This document shows positions 8,060 to 18,666 of a stretch of DNA of 36,638 bases, piece by piece. Below the pieces are notes generated by a model, which saw nothing but the letters and a program-made list of their open reading frames with translations, did no database searches and had not been told where the DNA came from. The DNA lies in the IMG/VR virus record IMGVR_UViG_2541047702_000001; one strand, written 5' to 3'. The position numbers were made by a program, and so were the translations under genes. Position 1 is the stretch's first letter. Every line of letters begins with the position of its first letter. This DNA comes from a virus (Duplodnaviria > Heunggongvirae > Uroviricota > Caudoviricetes).

Positions 8060-9862
8060 TTAACCTCTCAAGAAACACGCCACAGCGACATCAAACAGGC
8101 TGGAATCCTGTATTGCCTGCTCACTTTCCCTGTTCGCTTCATCCAGTACTTCACGCGCGCTGCGCGATTGTGGATTACCATCATCATCCAGCACGGTGAT
8201 TATCATGTCAGGTGATTCAAGCAGCGAGTCTTCAGCTATGCGCAGATCAATATCTCCTGCCTGATCCGCCATCATTTTTTGTTCTGCCTGTTGCAATATT
8301 TTATCAGGCTCAAAAGGAGCTACTTCGCCTGGCGTCCTGACCTCTGCTGTTTTATAGAATGAAACAGCCTGAGCATTAAGTTCACTTTCAGCCTGCTGTC
8401 TCCGTGCCAGTTCTGCTCGAGCTTCAAAAAACTGACCGCCAGGCTCATGCGGTGCCAACGCGTTACGGGAAAATTCCAGGCGTTCTTGTGCCTGCCGGAT
8501 TCGTTGGTCAATATCGCGAAGTCTGACCTGTTTATCTGATCGAGCACGAGACAAAGATTTACCGCTACCGGTTGGCTCTTCTGCAAGAATTTGTGCGCGC
8601 TGTTCAGTGAGATTTTCAATAATTCGTTGGCTATTAGCTATTTCAGACTGGTAAACCTGTCTATCGCCACGCGGCAAAAGCTGCGCGGCCTGTTCTTCAA
8701 GCAACCGATTTTCTATAGCGCGCGCCGTTACTCCATCATCTACAGATGACAGAGCCTCATTAACTGCCTGAGACAGCAGACTCTTGCGCCCAGGAATTTC
8801 ACTGAAAGATGCAGACTCAACAATGCTGGCAACGTCTACAGGTCTCCCCTGGCTAACATCAGACATAGCTTTTCGCAGAGCCTGAATGTGAGAATTGCGC
8901 GAAAGCACGTTGATCGGCACGCCGGGCGCAATATCAATTTCAGCATGATGAGCGGCATTCGCCGCCAGTGCAGCATCAACATCAACTGGTGAAAAATTTG
9001 GTGCGCTTGTAGACTCGCCGCGAGAGTTAATAAATCTGCCGACACCACCAAACGCCACCCCAAGAACAGCATCAATAGCAATTGCCTGTCGATCCAACAC
9101 ATCATACTGGTTAGCCATTTCGCTATAGCCACCATCACGAAGCGTTTTTGCAGTAAGCCCACGCTGTGCCATACCGAACGCAATATTTGTACCTGCGGCA
9201 TAGGCAATATCTGGCGTTGCACGTACTGCTGTTGCTGCGGCGCGTCGCACTGAACTTTCACCCGTCCGCGCAAGCTGAGCCGCCACACCTTCCGCCAGTG
9301 CACCACCAGCACGTAACCCGAGGCTCATAGGGATCAGTGTTCCGGCACCAGCAGTAATACCCTGCACTAATCCCGCTTCCTGCGCCGTCCTGAAATCAAC
9401 ACCCTGTGCTGTCAGCCGTTCAAACTCAGAAAAACCCTGTAGAGAAGTTACCGCCGCAGCACCTCCGACCGGACCACCGAGCGTTGTACCGACAACAGCC
9501 TGCCCGCCCATATCGAACAACCCATAAAGGACCTGCCCGGCGGTTCCGGTTGTCGCGGCATCAGGCGTCAGCCGCTTAACCTGCTGCTCTGCTAGTTTTC
9601 TCTGCTCAGCAATGTATGAAACTGAAGTGTCATTGATCGAGGTGTTTTCGTTAACAAACTGAGCAATCGGGGATACGATTTTATCCATCCCTGCCCATAG
9701 CAACTGATCTGGCTTTGCCACCAGCCCGGAGTACAAACCAGACAATGCCGCTCCTACAGCATTGTCGAAAAAACCAACATCGCTGTTAAAGCCAGCTGGA
9801 TTTGATGCTGCTTCGTCAAGCTGCTGATTCTGGTTTACTGGATTAAGGCCAAAGTAACTCAT
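8060..9862 (-). CDS. Internal virion / ejection protein
   Basis: 600 aa, Ala/Gly-rich N-terminal half and charged coiled-coil-like C-terminal half; start overlaps upstream gene stop. Confidence 0.45.
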   Translation of the reverse strand: MSYFGLNPVNQNQQLDEAASNPAGFNSDVGFFDNAVGAALSGLYSGLVAKPDQLLWAGMDKIVSPIAQFVNENTSINDTSVSYIAEQRKLAEQQVKRLTPDAATTGTAGQVLYGLFDMGGQAVVGTTLGGPVGGAAAVTSLQGFSEFERLTAQGVDFRTAQEAGLVQGITAGAGTLIPMSLGLRAGGALAEGVAAQLARTGESSVRRAAATAVRATPDIAYAAGTNIAFGMAQRGLTAKTLRDGGYSEMANQYDVLDRQAIAIDAVLGVAFGGVGRFINSRGESTSAPNFSPVDVDAALAANAAHHAEIDIAPGVPINVLSRNSHIQALRKAMSDVSQGRPVDVASIVESASFSEIPGRKSLLSQAVNEALSSVDDGVTARAIENRLLEEQAAQLLPRGDRQVYQSEIANSQRIIENLTEQRAQILAEEPTGSGKSLSRARSDKQVRLRDIDQRIRQAQERLEFSRNALAPHEPGGQFFEARAELARRQQAESELNAQAVSFYKTAEVRTPGEVAPFEPDKILQQAEQKMMADQAGDIDLRIAEDSLLESPDMIITVLDDDGNPQSRSAREVLDEANRESEQAIQDSSLFDVAVACFLRG

Positions 9863-12372
9863 TGCGGAATATCTCCGGAGAATCTCTGACGCTTCTGTGT
9901 CAGATTAAGAACAACGGGAGAACCATCATCTTTCAGCAGATAACCAGTACCAAGTTTCACCAGGTACTGACTATCGCCGTAACTTTGCAAACCATACTGA
10001 CCAGGCGGTGTTTTTATCCCGGAGCCGACAACTTGTTCATTCCAAGCCTGATTAACCTGCTTATCGAATTGCTCTGCAGACATTCCCCACGGCAAAAGGA
10101 CATTCCCCATTCCGTTATAGTCATGCACGCCACCTGTAGCTACGTTAACAGCCTGTTTCCAGATATCAGTGTCAATTTCGCCTGATATCACGCCTTTTTT
10201 CGCCATCACACCAGCGTAATAGTCCTTTGCGATCTCGTATGCCATTGATGCCCCCTGAGCATCACCAGCAAATGCATCCTTCACCATGTCAGAAAACTCA
10301 AGGCGAAGATCAGCATCTTTAGGCATCGGAATACCTTTCGCATCATCAGTACCTTTACGAGCCGCCGCGCCAGCAAGAATTGTCTGCGCAGCGGTTTCAG
10401 GAGACACGGAAACATCCGGATTAAACCAGTTTTTTTCTGCCAAAATACCACCAGGCTTATCCATCAGTATCCCGGCAACGGCAGCAGATGGAGCGTTGGC
10501 ACTGATCTGCTGTAGTGCTGACATATACACCTGCCCACCACCAGTGCTCTGCCTGATGGTATCGAGATATGCTGCCTGTTGGGAAACTGGAGCATCACGA
10601 AAAAAAACACCGATCTGATTGGCCTCGTCTTTGGAAAAGAACGTCAGTGGAGTGCCATATGACTTAGCAAGGTCACTGACCTGAGCGGCACGCAAGGCAA
10701 CGCTCTGTCCAAAGTTATCCTTATTGCTCATGTCGATAGGCTTTGCCTGTCCAGAGGCAAGAGAGAACTGCACAGGATCAGACTGCCGCTGCTTTATCAC
10801 CTGATTTGCAGCCGAAACAACGTTGTCATAAAGAGCTGCGCGAGCCGCATAACCCTCCCCTGTCTCACCAGTATCCGGGCGTAATTGCTCAACATATGCT
10901 GTAATGCTGCTTGTCGGCATGTTGCGGAAAGAGCCTATATACTGTCCGGCGATCTGCGTATTCTTAAACTCGGTATATCGCAGGTTTCCTTCTCTGACTC
11001 CATAAGCTGCAATAAAATCAGCCTCACCAGGTGGGTTAGGAAATTCAACGCCACGCATATACGCAGCCGTCGCATCGCGAACCTGGCTGTCAATCATCGT
11101 TTTATATTCAGCCTGCTGCTGCCGACGCAGTTGATCCGCCTGCCGCATAAAACTTGCCTGAGCCTCAGGAGATGCCGCATCGAATGCTGCATTACCGGTA
11201 TAGCGTTTGGTGTTGGTTGGAATTGTTGATAAACCAAGTGCTGCACTGACACCAGCAGTTAACTTCTGATCACTGTATGGCTGGCTACCGTTCTCATGAT
11301 GGATAATGGCTGCACAAAGCGCCTTCAGGGTATCAGGATTTGATGCATCGAGAGGCTCATCAGCAGAAACGCCAAGTTGTTCGCACACTGCTTTGATATA
11401 CGACATAGTGTCATTTTTATCAGTAGGCGGTGCCCAGCGATTAATTATCTCGCTGACGGTATCAATACCCTGCCGCTGATACGACATCAGGTTCCGCCCT
11501 AATGCACGAATCCCGTGTTCAGGTGTTTCGAATTTAGCAAATCTACCATCATCACCGGTCTGGCCTACCCACGGATTAGTTTTGCTGTATTCGAGATTTC
11601 CGGGGTTATTGTTGCGTATGCCACGGACACGCTCGGAAGAGCCACTATCTGTTACAGCACGGCGAGCTCCAGCAGCAGTATCACTTAACTCGCCATTACT
11701 TTGGATGAATGCGGTCGCATTGTTTGCCGACCACTGGGACAATGCTGCATCAGCAACCTTCTCTTTAAACTCGATTTTCTTGGCCTGTATTTGCTCGTCG
11801 CTCCAGCCATGTGCAGCACCGTACTCCTCAATTTGCTGGAAAGTTTGCTTATTAGCCAATACGTATGCGGCATTGTCGCCATACAATGCTGCGGCATTTT
11901 TACCATTGTTCAGCAGCGTCGCCTGAAACTGACCTTCTTCGTAGGCATTAATTTGCCCTATCTCGTGCCGCCCGGCCTGCGTAGTGAACTGAATGCGCTG
12001 CTGCTGCGCCTGCTGCATGAAAGCATTACGAGCCTGTTCATCCGGCAGCGACATAGCCAGTTGTTCGACCTGAGCATCAAACTGCTGCGTATACTCATGG
12101 CCTTTTCCAATAGCATTTTTCCCTTTCAGGTTAAGCAAACCTGTTTCAGGGTTATTCAGCAGATCACTGCTTATCTGACTGAGGTTAAGAGATGCCTCCT
12201 GAGCCAGAGCGATATTGGCACGCTGTTTTGCCTGCCCCAAAACATCAATTGCCTCTGTCCCTGCCCGAACAAAAGCATCACCAATACCTGGCTGAGAAAA
12301 CGTCTGCAAGCCTGCTGACTGAACTCCACGGCTCTCAACCTGGCGTCCGGATACTGTTGGTACGACTGGCAT
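9859..12372 (-). CDS. Internal virion / ejection protein with a putative peptidoglycan-hydrolase-like domain
   Basis: ATG at 12372 with GGAGG Shine-Dalgarno and TAATG overlap with upstream stop (ORF-track start at 12447 is an upstream extension); region RNNNPGNLEYS...GIRALGRNL...IINRWAP resembles virion-associated cell-wall hydrolase domains (from memory, unverified). Confidence 0.45.
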   Translation of the reverse strand: MPVVPTVSGRQVESRGVQSAGLQTFSQPGIGDAFVRAGTEAIDVLGQAKQRANIALAQEASLNLSQISSDLLNNPETGLLNLKGKNAIGKGHEYTQQFDAQVEQLAMSLPDEQARNAFMQQAQQQRIQFTTQAGRHEIGQINAYEEGQFQATLLNNGKNAAALYGDNAAYVLANKQTFQQIEEYGAAHGWSDEQIQAKKIEFKEKVADAALSQWSANNATAFIQSNGELSDTAAGARRAVTDSGSSERVRGIRNNNPGNLEYSKTNPWVGQTGDDGRFAKFETPEHGIRALGRNLMSYQRQGIDTVSEIINRWAPPTDKNDTMSYIKAVCEQLGVSADEPLDASNPDTLKALCAAIIHHENGSQPYSDQKLTAGVSAALGLSTIPTNTKRYTGNAAFDAASPEAQASFMRQADQLRRQQQAEYKTMIDSQVRDATAAYMRGVEFPNPPGEADFIAAYGVREGNLRYTEFKNTQIAGQYIGSFRNMPTSSITAYVEQLRPDTGETGEGYAARAALYDNVVSAANQVIKQRQSDPVQFSLASGQAKPIDMSNKDNFGQSVALRAAQVSDLAKSYGTPLTFFSKDEANQIGVFFRDAPVSQQAAYLDTIRQSTGGGQVYMSALQQISANAPSAAVAGILMDKPGGILAEKNWFNPDVSVSPETAAQTILAGAAARKGTDDAKGIPMPKDADLRLEFSDMVKDAFAGDAQGASMAYEIAKDYYAGVMAKKGVISGEIDTDIWKQAVNVATGGVHDYNGMGNVLLPWGMSAEQFDKQVNQAWNEQVVGSGIKTPPGQYGLQSYGDSQYLVKLGTGYLLKDDGSPVVLNLTQKRQRFSGDIPQ

Positions 12373-12917
12373 TATAATCCTCCGGGTAATCTGGTTCCTG
12401 CTGCTGCCCCGATTGGCGCAGGGGTGCTTTGAGTAAACGGACTCCACGTCCCACCAAACATCTGGTACGCACCGTATGCCTTCAGAGGCGCAGTGAGCAA
12501 TGTTGTTGCTGCTCCCACATTCCCCTGTTTACGGGCTGAACTGGCTTCTGCTTTATAGTTGGCAGCCTGAACCTGATAACCGTAAGCCTCGCGTTGCGCG
12601 TTATTCACCGTCGTCAGCGAATCAAGAGCGCCAAACTGGGCAGTGTCGCCAAATATATCCAGCGCGTTACCTGTAGATAAATCAGCGCCGGTAGCCCCCA
12701 TTGTCGCCGCCTGTGTACCAAGCCGCTGTCGGGTCTCTCTGCGTCGTTGCTCAGCTTCAGCGTTACCTCTGTTTATTGCATCATTTGCCTGAGCTGTGGC
12801 TATATCTGCGTTCGCTTCTGCAACCTTCGAGGCATACTTTCCCTGTTGGTACTGGGTGTATGCCTGAATGCCACTCATGGCGAGCATTGCGCCACCAGCA
12901 ATAACCGGATCGCACAT
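12372..12917 (-). CDS. Virion structural / internal protein (Ala/Gln-rich)
   Basis: 181 aa, in structural operon, start/stop overlaps with neighbours. Confidence 0.4.
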   Translation of the reverse strand: MCDPVIAGGAMLAMSGIQAYTQYQQGKYASKVAEANADIATAQANDAINRGNAEAEQRRRETRQRLGTQAATMGATGADLSTGNALDIFGDTAQFGALDSLTTVNNAQREAYGYQVQAANYKAEASSARKQGNVGAATTLLTAPLKAYGAYQMFGGTWSPFTQSTPAPIGAAAGTRLPGGL

Positions 12918-13381
12918 TATTTTCTCTCCATGTGAAATCTGTGGAAATTAAGACCAAGAGCACCATAAGGCGCGGCTTCTTCAAGCCTGAATCCAAGCCA
13001 GTGCAGCCATGCTTTGGCAACATGGTTTCGCTCGTCGACGTAGTTTTCCAGGCGCGGATAAACTGCCAGCATCTGCTGCAATACAGGGCGGCAGTGGCGC
13101 AGAAATGTCTTCTGATATTTTTCAATACGGCTGGTTCCTACCAGCCAGGGCGTACCATTGCCACCGATCATTGACGCCGGAGATACACCAAACATGGTTA
13201 CCAGTTCTCCGTTCGCGAACCCTGACCAGGCCATAGTCGCAGTGCGAAGACCAACGCGCAGCGCATCTTCGGTAGTCATCAGCGATACCGCATACAGTTC
13301 GTCAATATCAGCCTGACGAACATCCGGCAAAATCATCTGAAGATGCTCTTCGGTAGCGGGAATAATTTGAACATCAATCAT
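12917..13381 (-). CDS. Hypothetical virion-module protein
   Basis: 154 aa ORF tightly packed between tail protein and internal protein genes. Confidence 0.4.
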   Translation of the reverse strand: MIDVQIIPATEEHLQMILPDVRQADIDELYAVSLMTTEDALRVGLRTATMAWSGFANGELVTMFGVSPASMIGGNGTPWLVGTSRIEKYQKTFLRHCRPVLQQMLAVYPRLENYVDERNHVAKAWLHWLGFRLEEAAPYGALGLNFHRFHMERK

Positions 13382-15852
13382 CAGAATCCCCCAACAGTAA
13401 GGCGAGGAATAACGGCAAGAACAGACAGCGGCAACGGGTCAAGCTGACGGATTTTTACACGCCCGTTTTTGCCCCAGTTACTGTCCAGTTTCACTTCTAC
13501 TTTTCCGGTAGCATCATCAACAGGATCATCGTAGAACTCGAATTCACGCTGTGGATATTCGTACCATTTACCGCCGGGCGTAGTCGCCCAGATGCCGCGA
13601 CTGGCATTCACAACCAGAGTAACGGACGGGATCACCTGTTTTTTGTCCAGCAGCGTTTCCTGTCCGTTAATGTTGATATCCAGTGTTTCGAATTCAGCAG
13701 TTATTGGCAGGCCGATGTGCACTACAGCCCCCGGAGATTCCAGCGTGACGGCACCTCCGGAAACCACTTTCTGTGGTTCCACGTTCGCATCAGAGAGGAT
13801 GTTTACGGTCTGACCTTCAAGATGAGACAAGCCGCCAAATGCCCGGCGCGCCATCTGCCAGTTCGTGGTGGCCACATTCCTGAGGGATGGCGGGACGTTC
13901 CTGTTAGCACGAACCACTACAGCGGTGTTGCTGGTTACAGAAATAATGTCGCAACGTAATTCTTTTGACACTTCATCGCCAGTATCAGGAACAGTTCCGG
14001 TATAAGGGAACTGTAGTTGCGCACCGACATCACTACTGGTGAAGTACGCACCGCCAGAAATACTGATTGTATATTCCGCGTGGTAATCCCATTCGCCAGA
14101 ACCACCAGTGATGGTCATCGTTCTGTCAGACGTATTTCTTCCATCATAGCTAAGGCCAGAATCAACAAAGAAAGCATCTTCATCGCTGGTAAATAAACGG
14201 CTGGACAGTCGCTCGATGTATCTCACTGTTTGCCCGTTAACGGTTCGGTTAACGACGAAATACACCGCATCTTCATTTCCTTCGCTGATACTGCATGTGC
14301 TTTCATATTTTCCGGTACTGGATTGTGGTGCCCATGCAAAAACCTGCTGATCACGCAAATAGGTCATCACCAGTAATTTACCGTCATCACGAATGCAGAA
14401 GGCGCTGGAGTAAGGGACAATAGAGAAGCACCAGTCAACAATGCTGTGCTTCTGAAAAAGATGATTGGCAAGGATGGTCAGGTCGTTCCCCTGATAGCCG
14501 TCAACATCGAATGAGTAGGCCAGATCACGGACAACACTGCCTTTCTCCTGGACGAACAGAGCAATATTCGCCACAGCAATTGGTGGGACGTTGCTCGAGC
14601 CATTTGATCCCTGAGAGCTGAATGCAAATGATGATGGGGTTAACACTTTGTTCTGGTCGCCGGTGATGACGTACTCACCTCCGGAAGTCAGCGCCACCAG
14701 CGAACCAACATCAATCAGGTGACGGATCTCATTAACCTGACGCCCGGCATAGGTGTAGATAATTCTGTCGTCATCCTGCGTAGGATTGCTTTTGCCAAAA
14801 TCCTTATAATCCCCAGTACGGCTGGCCCAGATAGTCTGAGGGAACGCAGTCGATGCGGCGAAGTAAAGACGTTGTTGATAATAAACAACAGTGCCAGGAT
14901 AACCATTAACACTGTTCCAGGCATATTTAGCCCATTTATAGCTGGCATTATCCTCGCCAACTACCTGCGAAGGGATATAGGAAATCACCTCGGCAGTTGC
15001 AGTAGTTCCATTTGCAGCAGTGATACGGGCAATGCCAAAACCACTGTGCAGATATTCCCACTCAATGCCAGTATCATCATCACCCGATCCACCCCAGCCA
15101 TCCCATGATGTGCCTTCTGTATGCGAAGGGCGCAAAGTGCCTGTTTTGCCTGCTGTAACGGCGCGATAGTAGTTACTGTCTGCACGGCGAATATCGCCAA
15201 TCGACGTACTCTTACTGGTTTCCCATACCGGCACTGAATCCACTGCAGGCTGTTCCAGATAGAACAATTTGCCTACCTGCTCCGCGCCAAAAATAGAGGC
15301 GCTTGCCGTTAACGTAATTGTCCCGGTGCTGGCGCTGGCATAAACCGTCACTGACTCGTCAATATTGATATCTTCAAATGGCCCGTTCTTCGTTACCACA
15401 TCAACCAGTTGCCAGTTGTCATGCGCATAGCGACGCAACTCTTTCGGCGGGTATGCCGGATGAACAAGCGTAAGCACGTCTGCGCTTTGCGTGAATTTAA
15501 TTCGGAACAGATCGGCTTCAGTATATGGCGTGGCAATTTCATAAATAACATTGCTGCTGTTCAGCACCAACGCACCATCTTTGATAACGCGCATGTACTG
15601 GTGTCCGAACTCCAGAGCATAAGTCTGAACCGTCGAGAACTGGAACGGTATCAGGCGGCATTTCCGATTTGGGTATTTGGCGGCACCGACAAAACGCGTA
15701 CCAGGTCGATTCTCAACGCCGCCATACTGCCGCACGATAAAGTTATCGCACTTGCGCAATGCCACCTGGTACTTCGCCATGTCGATACGACCGTACAACG
15801 ACGGTCCAATCTCACCACCGGCAAAGCTGGGCTGGATCCAACTGATAGCCAT
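13381..15852 (-). CDS. Large tail structural protein (tail tube/nozzle or hub-like)
   Basis: 823 aa, Ser/Thr/Gly-rich, follows head-tail genes and precedes internal proteins, as for podovirus tail tubular protein B; no direct motif evidence. Confidence 0.45.
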   Translation of the reverse strand: MAISWIQPSFAGGEIGPSLYGRIDMAKYQVALRKCDNFIVRQYGGVENRPGTRFVGAAKYPNRKCRLIPFQFSTVQTYALEFGHQYMRVIKDGALVLNSSNVIYEIATPYTEADLFRIKFTQSADVLTLVHPAYPPKELRRYAHDNWQLVDVVTKNGPFEDINIDESVTVYASASTGTITLTASASIFGAEQVGKLFYLEQPAVDSVPVWETSKSTSIGDIRRADSNYYRAVTAGKTGTLRPSHTEGTSWDGWGGSGDDDTGIEWEYLHSGFGIARITAANGTTATAEVISYIPSQVVGEDNASYKWAKYAWNSVNGYPGTVVYYQQRLYFAASTAFPQTIWASRTGDYKDFGKSNPTQDDDRIIYTYAGRQVNEIRHLIDVGSLVALTSGGEYVITGDQNKVLTPSSFAFSSQGSNGSSNVPPIAVANIALFVQEKGSVVRDLAYSFDVDGYQGNDLTILANHLFQKHSIVDWCFSIVPYSSAFCIRDDGKLLVMTYLRDQQVFAWAPQSSTGKYESTCSISEGNEDAVYFVVNRTVNGQTVRYIERLSSRLFTSDEDAFFVDSGLSYDGRNTSDRTMTITGGSGEWDYHAEYTISISGGAYFTSSDVGAQLQFPYTGTVPDTGDEVSKELRCDIISVTSNTAVVVRANRNVPPSLRNVATTNWQMARRAFGGLSHLEGQTVNILSDANVEPQKVVSGGAVTLESPGAVVHIGLPITAEFETLDININGQETLLDKKQVIPSVTLVVNASRGIWATTPGGKWYEYPQREFEFYDDPVDDATGKVEVKLDSNWGKNGRVKIRQLDPLPLSVLAVIPRLTVGGF

Positions 15853-16460
15853 CAGGACAACCTCGCAATGGTAAACTCGTCAACCGGTGGCTGTGGTTCC
15901 TGTGATTCATTCTGGCTATGCGAGCCAGCACTAAGAATCACGCGATTGTACATATTGAGGGCAAACGTACCGAGGTCTGCATTCCCAGTCAGCGCCATGT
16001 TAATGGCTGCCGCAAGACGCCAGGCCAACGCCTCCATAAAAATGGCATCAAACATGTTTACATCTGAAACGCGAGAGACATACTTGAGCCATGCCTGCGG
16101 CTGGTCTGTGTAGATCAATTTTCCTGTTCCGTTGGTGTCTGCACCAACTTCGTACTGAACGCGCATTGCTGCTGTTGGATTGCGTACACCAGGAAGCATA
16201 ATTTCAGTAATGCGCAGACAATCGGACGGGTACTGGTACGCATATTCCCAGTCAGGCGGTGGATTGCTCGTATCTGCAAGCGCCACGCGTTTGGTAGCAA
16301 AGTTCCAGTCAAAATCAGAAAGCACAGCATCACGGCAGGCCTCAAAGTGCAGCGAACATTCCCCCGCTTCCTTGCTGGCTTCCGTCAGGCTGTTAATGCT
16401 GCGGCTATTGCCAATATTGGACAGCGCACGATTACAGATCTCTACTACAGAGGCCATCAC
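15852..16460 (-). CDS. Tail / head-tail adaptor structural protein
   Basis: 202 aa, position between head genes and large tail protein. Confidence 0.4.
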   Translation of the reverse strand: MMASVVEICNRALSNIGNSRSINSLTEASKEAGECSLHFEACRDAVLSDFDWNFATKRVALADTSNPPPDWEYAYQYPSDCLRITEIMLPGVRNPTAAMRVQYEVGADTNGTGKLIYTDQPQAWLKYVSRVSDVNMFDAIFMEALAWRLAAAINMALTGNADLGTFALNMYNRVILSAGSHSQNESQEPQPPVDEFTIARLS

Positions 16461-16786
16461 TCACCTCCGTTACCGTACAGAGTTTCAGCCGCTGATTTTT
16501 CTACATCCCCGGAAACAGGAGCGATCGCCATATCAGTGATCTGCAGATCGGCGCTGCGATTAACACCATCGTCAGTTTCTCTGGCAGACAGGCCTCGAAT
16601 AACAGCCTTTGCAGTTATCATCACTTCTGTTCCGACGCCCTGAGGTTGTGCCTTCAGCTTATTCAATGTGTCGTTATTAAGAGTGATGCACAGCCCCCAC
16701 GGGTATTCATCGCGAGTTCTGGTTTCTCCGCTCTCATCCTGGTAGCTGTCAGTGCCGGTTTTGAGGTTTACGAGTTCCATATACAC
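16457..16786 (-). CDS. Hypothetical head-completion-region protein
   Basis: 109 aa ORF; preceded by a terminator-like hairpin. Confidence 0.35.
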   Translation of the reverse strand: MYMELVNLKTGTDSYQDESGETRTRDEYPWGLCITLNNDTLNKLKAQPQGVGTEVMITAKAVIRGLSARETDDGVNRSADLQITDMAIAPVSGDVEKSAAETLYGNGGE

Positions 16787-16811
16787 TCCTGCAATAAAGG
16801 GGCCGAAGCCC
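16786..16811 (-). terminator. Intrinsic terminator-like hairpin (GGGGC-CGAA-GCCCC then T-rich on minus strand) downstream of the capsid gene block
   Basis: Minus-strand reading GGGGCTTCGGCCCC followed by TTTATTGC; may set capsid versus tail transcript stoichiometry. Confidence 0.4.
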
Positions 16812-16830
16812 CTTGTCTGATTCGCGAGGC

Positions 16831-17166
16831 TTACACGCCCAGTTCTTTACGCTTATCTGCGATCTTCTCGCGGAGCGTTTCGGCTTTGGCGTTATGGTGT
16901 GGCTTCTCGTTAAAGAGCAATTCGTACTCTTCACGGAGCTTATCCAGTTCACCATCATCTGACACATCGTTGATGATTTTGGTGCTGGTTGCTGCCATAG
17001 TCACCTTTCCTGCTACCTTTGCTTTTGCCTGTCTGGCTGCATCGTTAACAGGTTCCAGTGCGCTACCAGGCTCACCTTCGTATTCGATTTCTGCCCCCTC
17101 CGGCCACAGAGTGTTATGGATATGAGAGAGGCGCAGAACGCGGTATCTTGGTTTCTCACCTGACAT
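16831..17166 (-). CDS. Hypothetical head-associated protein
   Basis: ATG at 17166 with AAGGTGA ribosome-binding site (ORF track begins at GTG 17175); acidic 111-aa protein. Confidence 0.4.
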   Translation of the reverse strand: MSGEKPRYRVLRLSHIHNTLWPEGAEIEYEGEPGSALEPVNDAARQAKAKVAGKVTMAATSTKIINDVSDDGELDKLREEYELLFNEKPHHNAKAETLREKIADKRKELGV

Positions 17167-17176
17167 CGATATCACC

Positions 17177-17614
17177 TTAACCAGTTACTTTTGAGCGGAT
17201 CGGATACGGCGTATTGGCATCAACATCAAGACTGATACCAGCAGTGAATTCGCCAGCCGTTAGTGGGCCAGTTGCGACGGAGTAGTTAACACGCAGATAT
17301 CGCTGAACACCGGCAGGCACCTTTGCAGAAACAACTCGTTTACCTGCTGTCAGGGTGGTCTTTGCCAGTGCACCACTATCATAAATAGTGGTCCATGAGC
17401 TGTTATCCTCACTCGTCTGCAACTGGATGTTTACAGTTGCATCACCGCTTGCTGCGGCGGCTGTGTTAACCAGCGCCCAAAACTCAAGCGGGTAACCCAC
17501 GCCGATATCACGACGTTTTCCGTCAATTGGACCGAGATCGATTACGTCAGTAGAAGCCGCGGTATCAGTTACCGCCTGTGCTTCGGAGAACATCAACAGT
17601 TTGTCGGTGATCAT
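17177..17614 (-). CDS. Putative capsid decoration / stabilisation protein
   Basis: 145 aa, immediately downstream of major capsid gene; Ala/Thr/Gly-rich beta-type composition. Confidence 0.35.
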   Translation of the reverse strand: MITDKLLMFSEAQAVTDTAASTDVIDLGPIDGKRRDIGVGYPLEFWALVNTAAAASGDATVNIQLQTSEDNSSWTTIYDSGALAKTTLTAGKRVVSAKVPAGVQRYLRVNYSVATGPLTAGEFTAGISLDVDANTPYPIRSKVTG

Positions 17615-17665
17615 CTTCTTTCTCCATTAGTGGGTCTGTTACGACCCACAGGTTAATAACAGGCG

Positions 17666-18658
17666 TTACACCACGCGGGCTTCTGTTTCCAGAAGCGCAT
17701 CAGTTTCACGGATTGGTACACCACGGAATGACGTCCACCACTCGCCTTCAGTCTCTTTTACGCTGATCGCCAGAGATGTTTTCTCCAGAGACTGCAAATC
17801 AAGAGCCTGGCCTACAGTGCGGTTCATGTAGAACACCGGGCGCCCCATGCCACGGTTCGGAATGCGATGCAGTGCTTTAACCATCAACTTCGCAATATTT
17901 GCGGCAGAGGAAGGTTCTGAAAGATTGCTGACATCGATGTTTGCAATGCGAACAACATAACGCCAGTCACGCAGAGCAAGTCCGTTATCCCATTTGTAAT
18001 GGGTGCGATAGCCTTCGTACTTGCCGCCATTAGCATCTTCCAGTGTCACCTGGCCTTTATCTTCCATCTGGATGCCAGCCTTCTGCCCTTTCGGGAAGAT
18101 GCCATGCACGGTGTTTTCGCCCCACACCACTAACCAGATTGAGGTGTTATCTGTACCCGTGCCACCAGCATCAATGATGTTCTGAGCATTACCCGCAGAC
18201 AGGCTGGAATAGCGGGAGGACAGTCCCATAAACTGCTGAGGGTTAACGCTGGAATCACCATAAAACAGCGTCTGCGCCATCTGCTGATTCATCGCTTCAA
18301 TAAATGCGCGGTCTTCAGACAGGCGGAATTCGGCGGTATTGCCGTTCAGATCAGCCAGTGACTTATCGACTTCAGCATAGGTTTCCAGCATGCCAACGGA
18401 ATCGGTGACCTGCACCGTGGTTGATTTGCTTGGCTGTACGCCATAGTTCAGCAAACGCCAGGTAGCAGAAGGTAAACCAGAACGAATGGTGGTTCGGTGT
18501 CCGGTAGGAAGGTTTCCTTCAACAAAAGGCATATCCTGAAGAATTGGGTTAGTTTGATTGAGAAGCTCGATAATCTTATCGACTTTCCCATTTGGATCGA
18601 CGCGCTTACCCCAGTCAGCCAGCGTTAGCGCAGTTAAGCCTTTAACAGCCATTGTCAT
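17666..18658 (-). CDS. Major capsid protein
   Basis: 330 aa, follows scaffold-like gene, typical size and position; hairpin 17630-17649 downstream. Confidence 0.65.
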   Translation of the reverse strand: MTMAVKGLTALTLADWGKRVDPNGKVDKIIELLNQTNPILQDMPFVEGNLPTGHRTTIRSGLPSATWRLLNYGVQPSKSTTVQVTDSVGMLETYAEVDKSLADLNGNTAEFRLSEDRAFIEAMNQQMAQTLFYGDSSVNPQQFMGLSSRYSSLSAGNAQNIIDAGGTGTDNTSIWLVVWGENTVHGIFPKGQKAGIQMEDKGQVTLEDANGGKYEGYRTHYKWDNGLALRDWRYVVRIANIDVSNLSEPSSAANIAKLMVKALHRIPNRGMGRPVFYMNRTVGQALDLQSLEKTSLAISVKETEGEWWTSFRGVPIRETDALLETEARVV

Positions 18659-18666
18659 TTCCTCTC

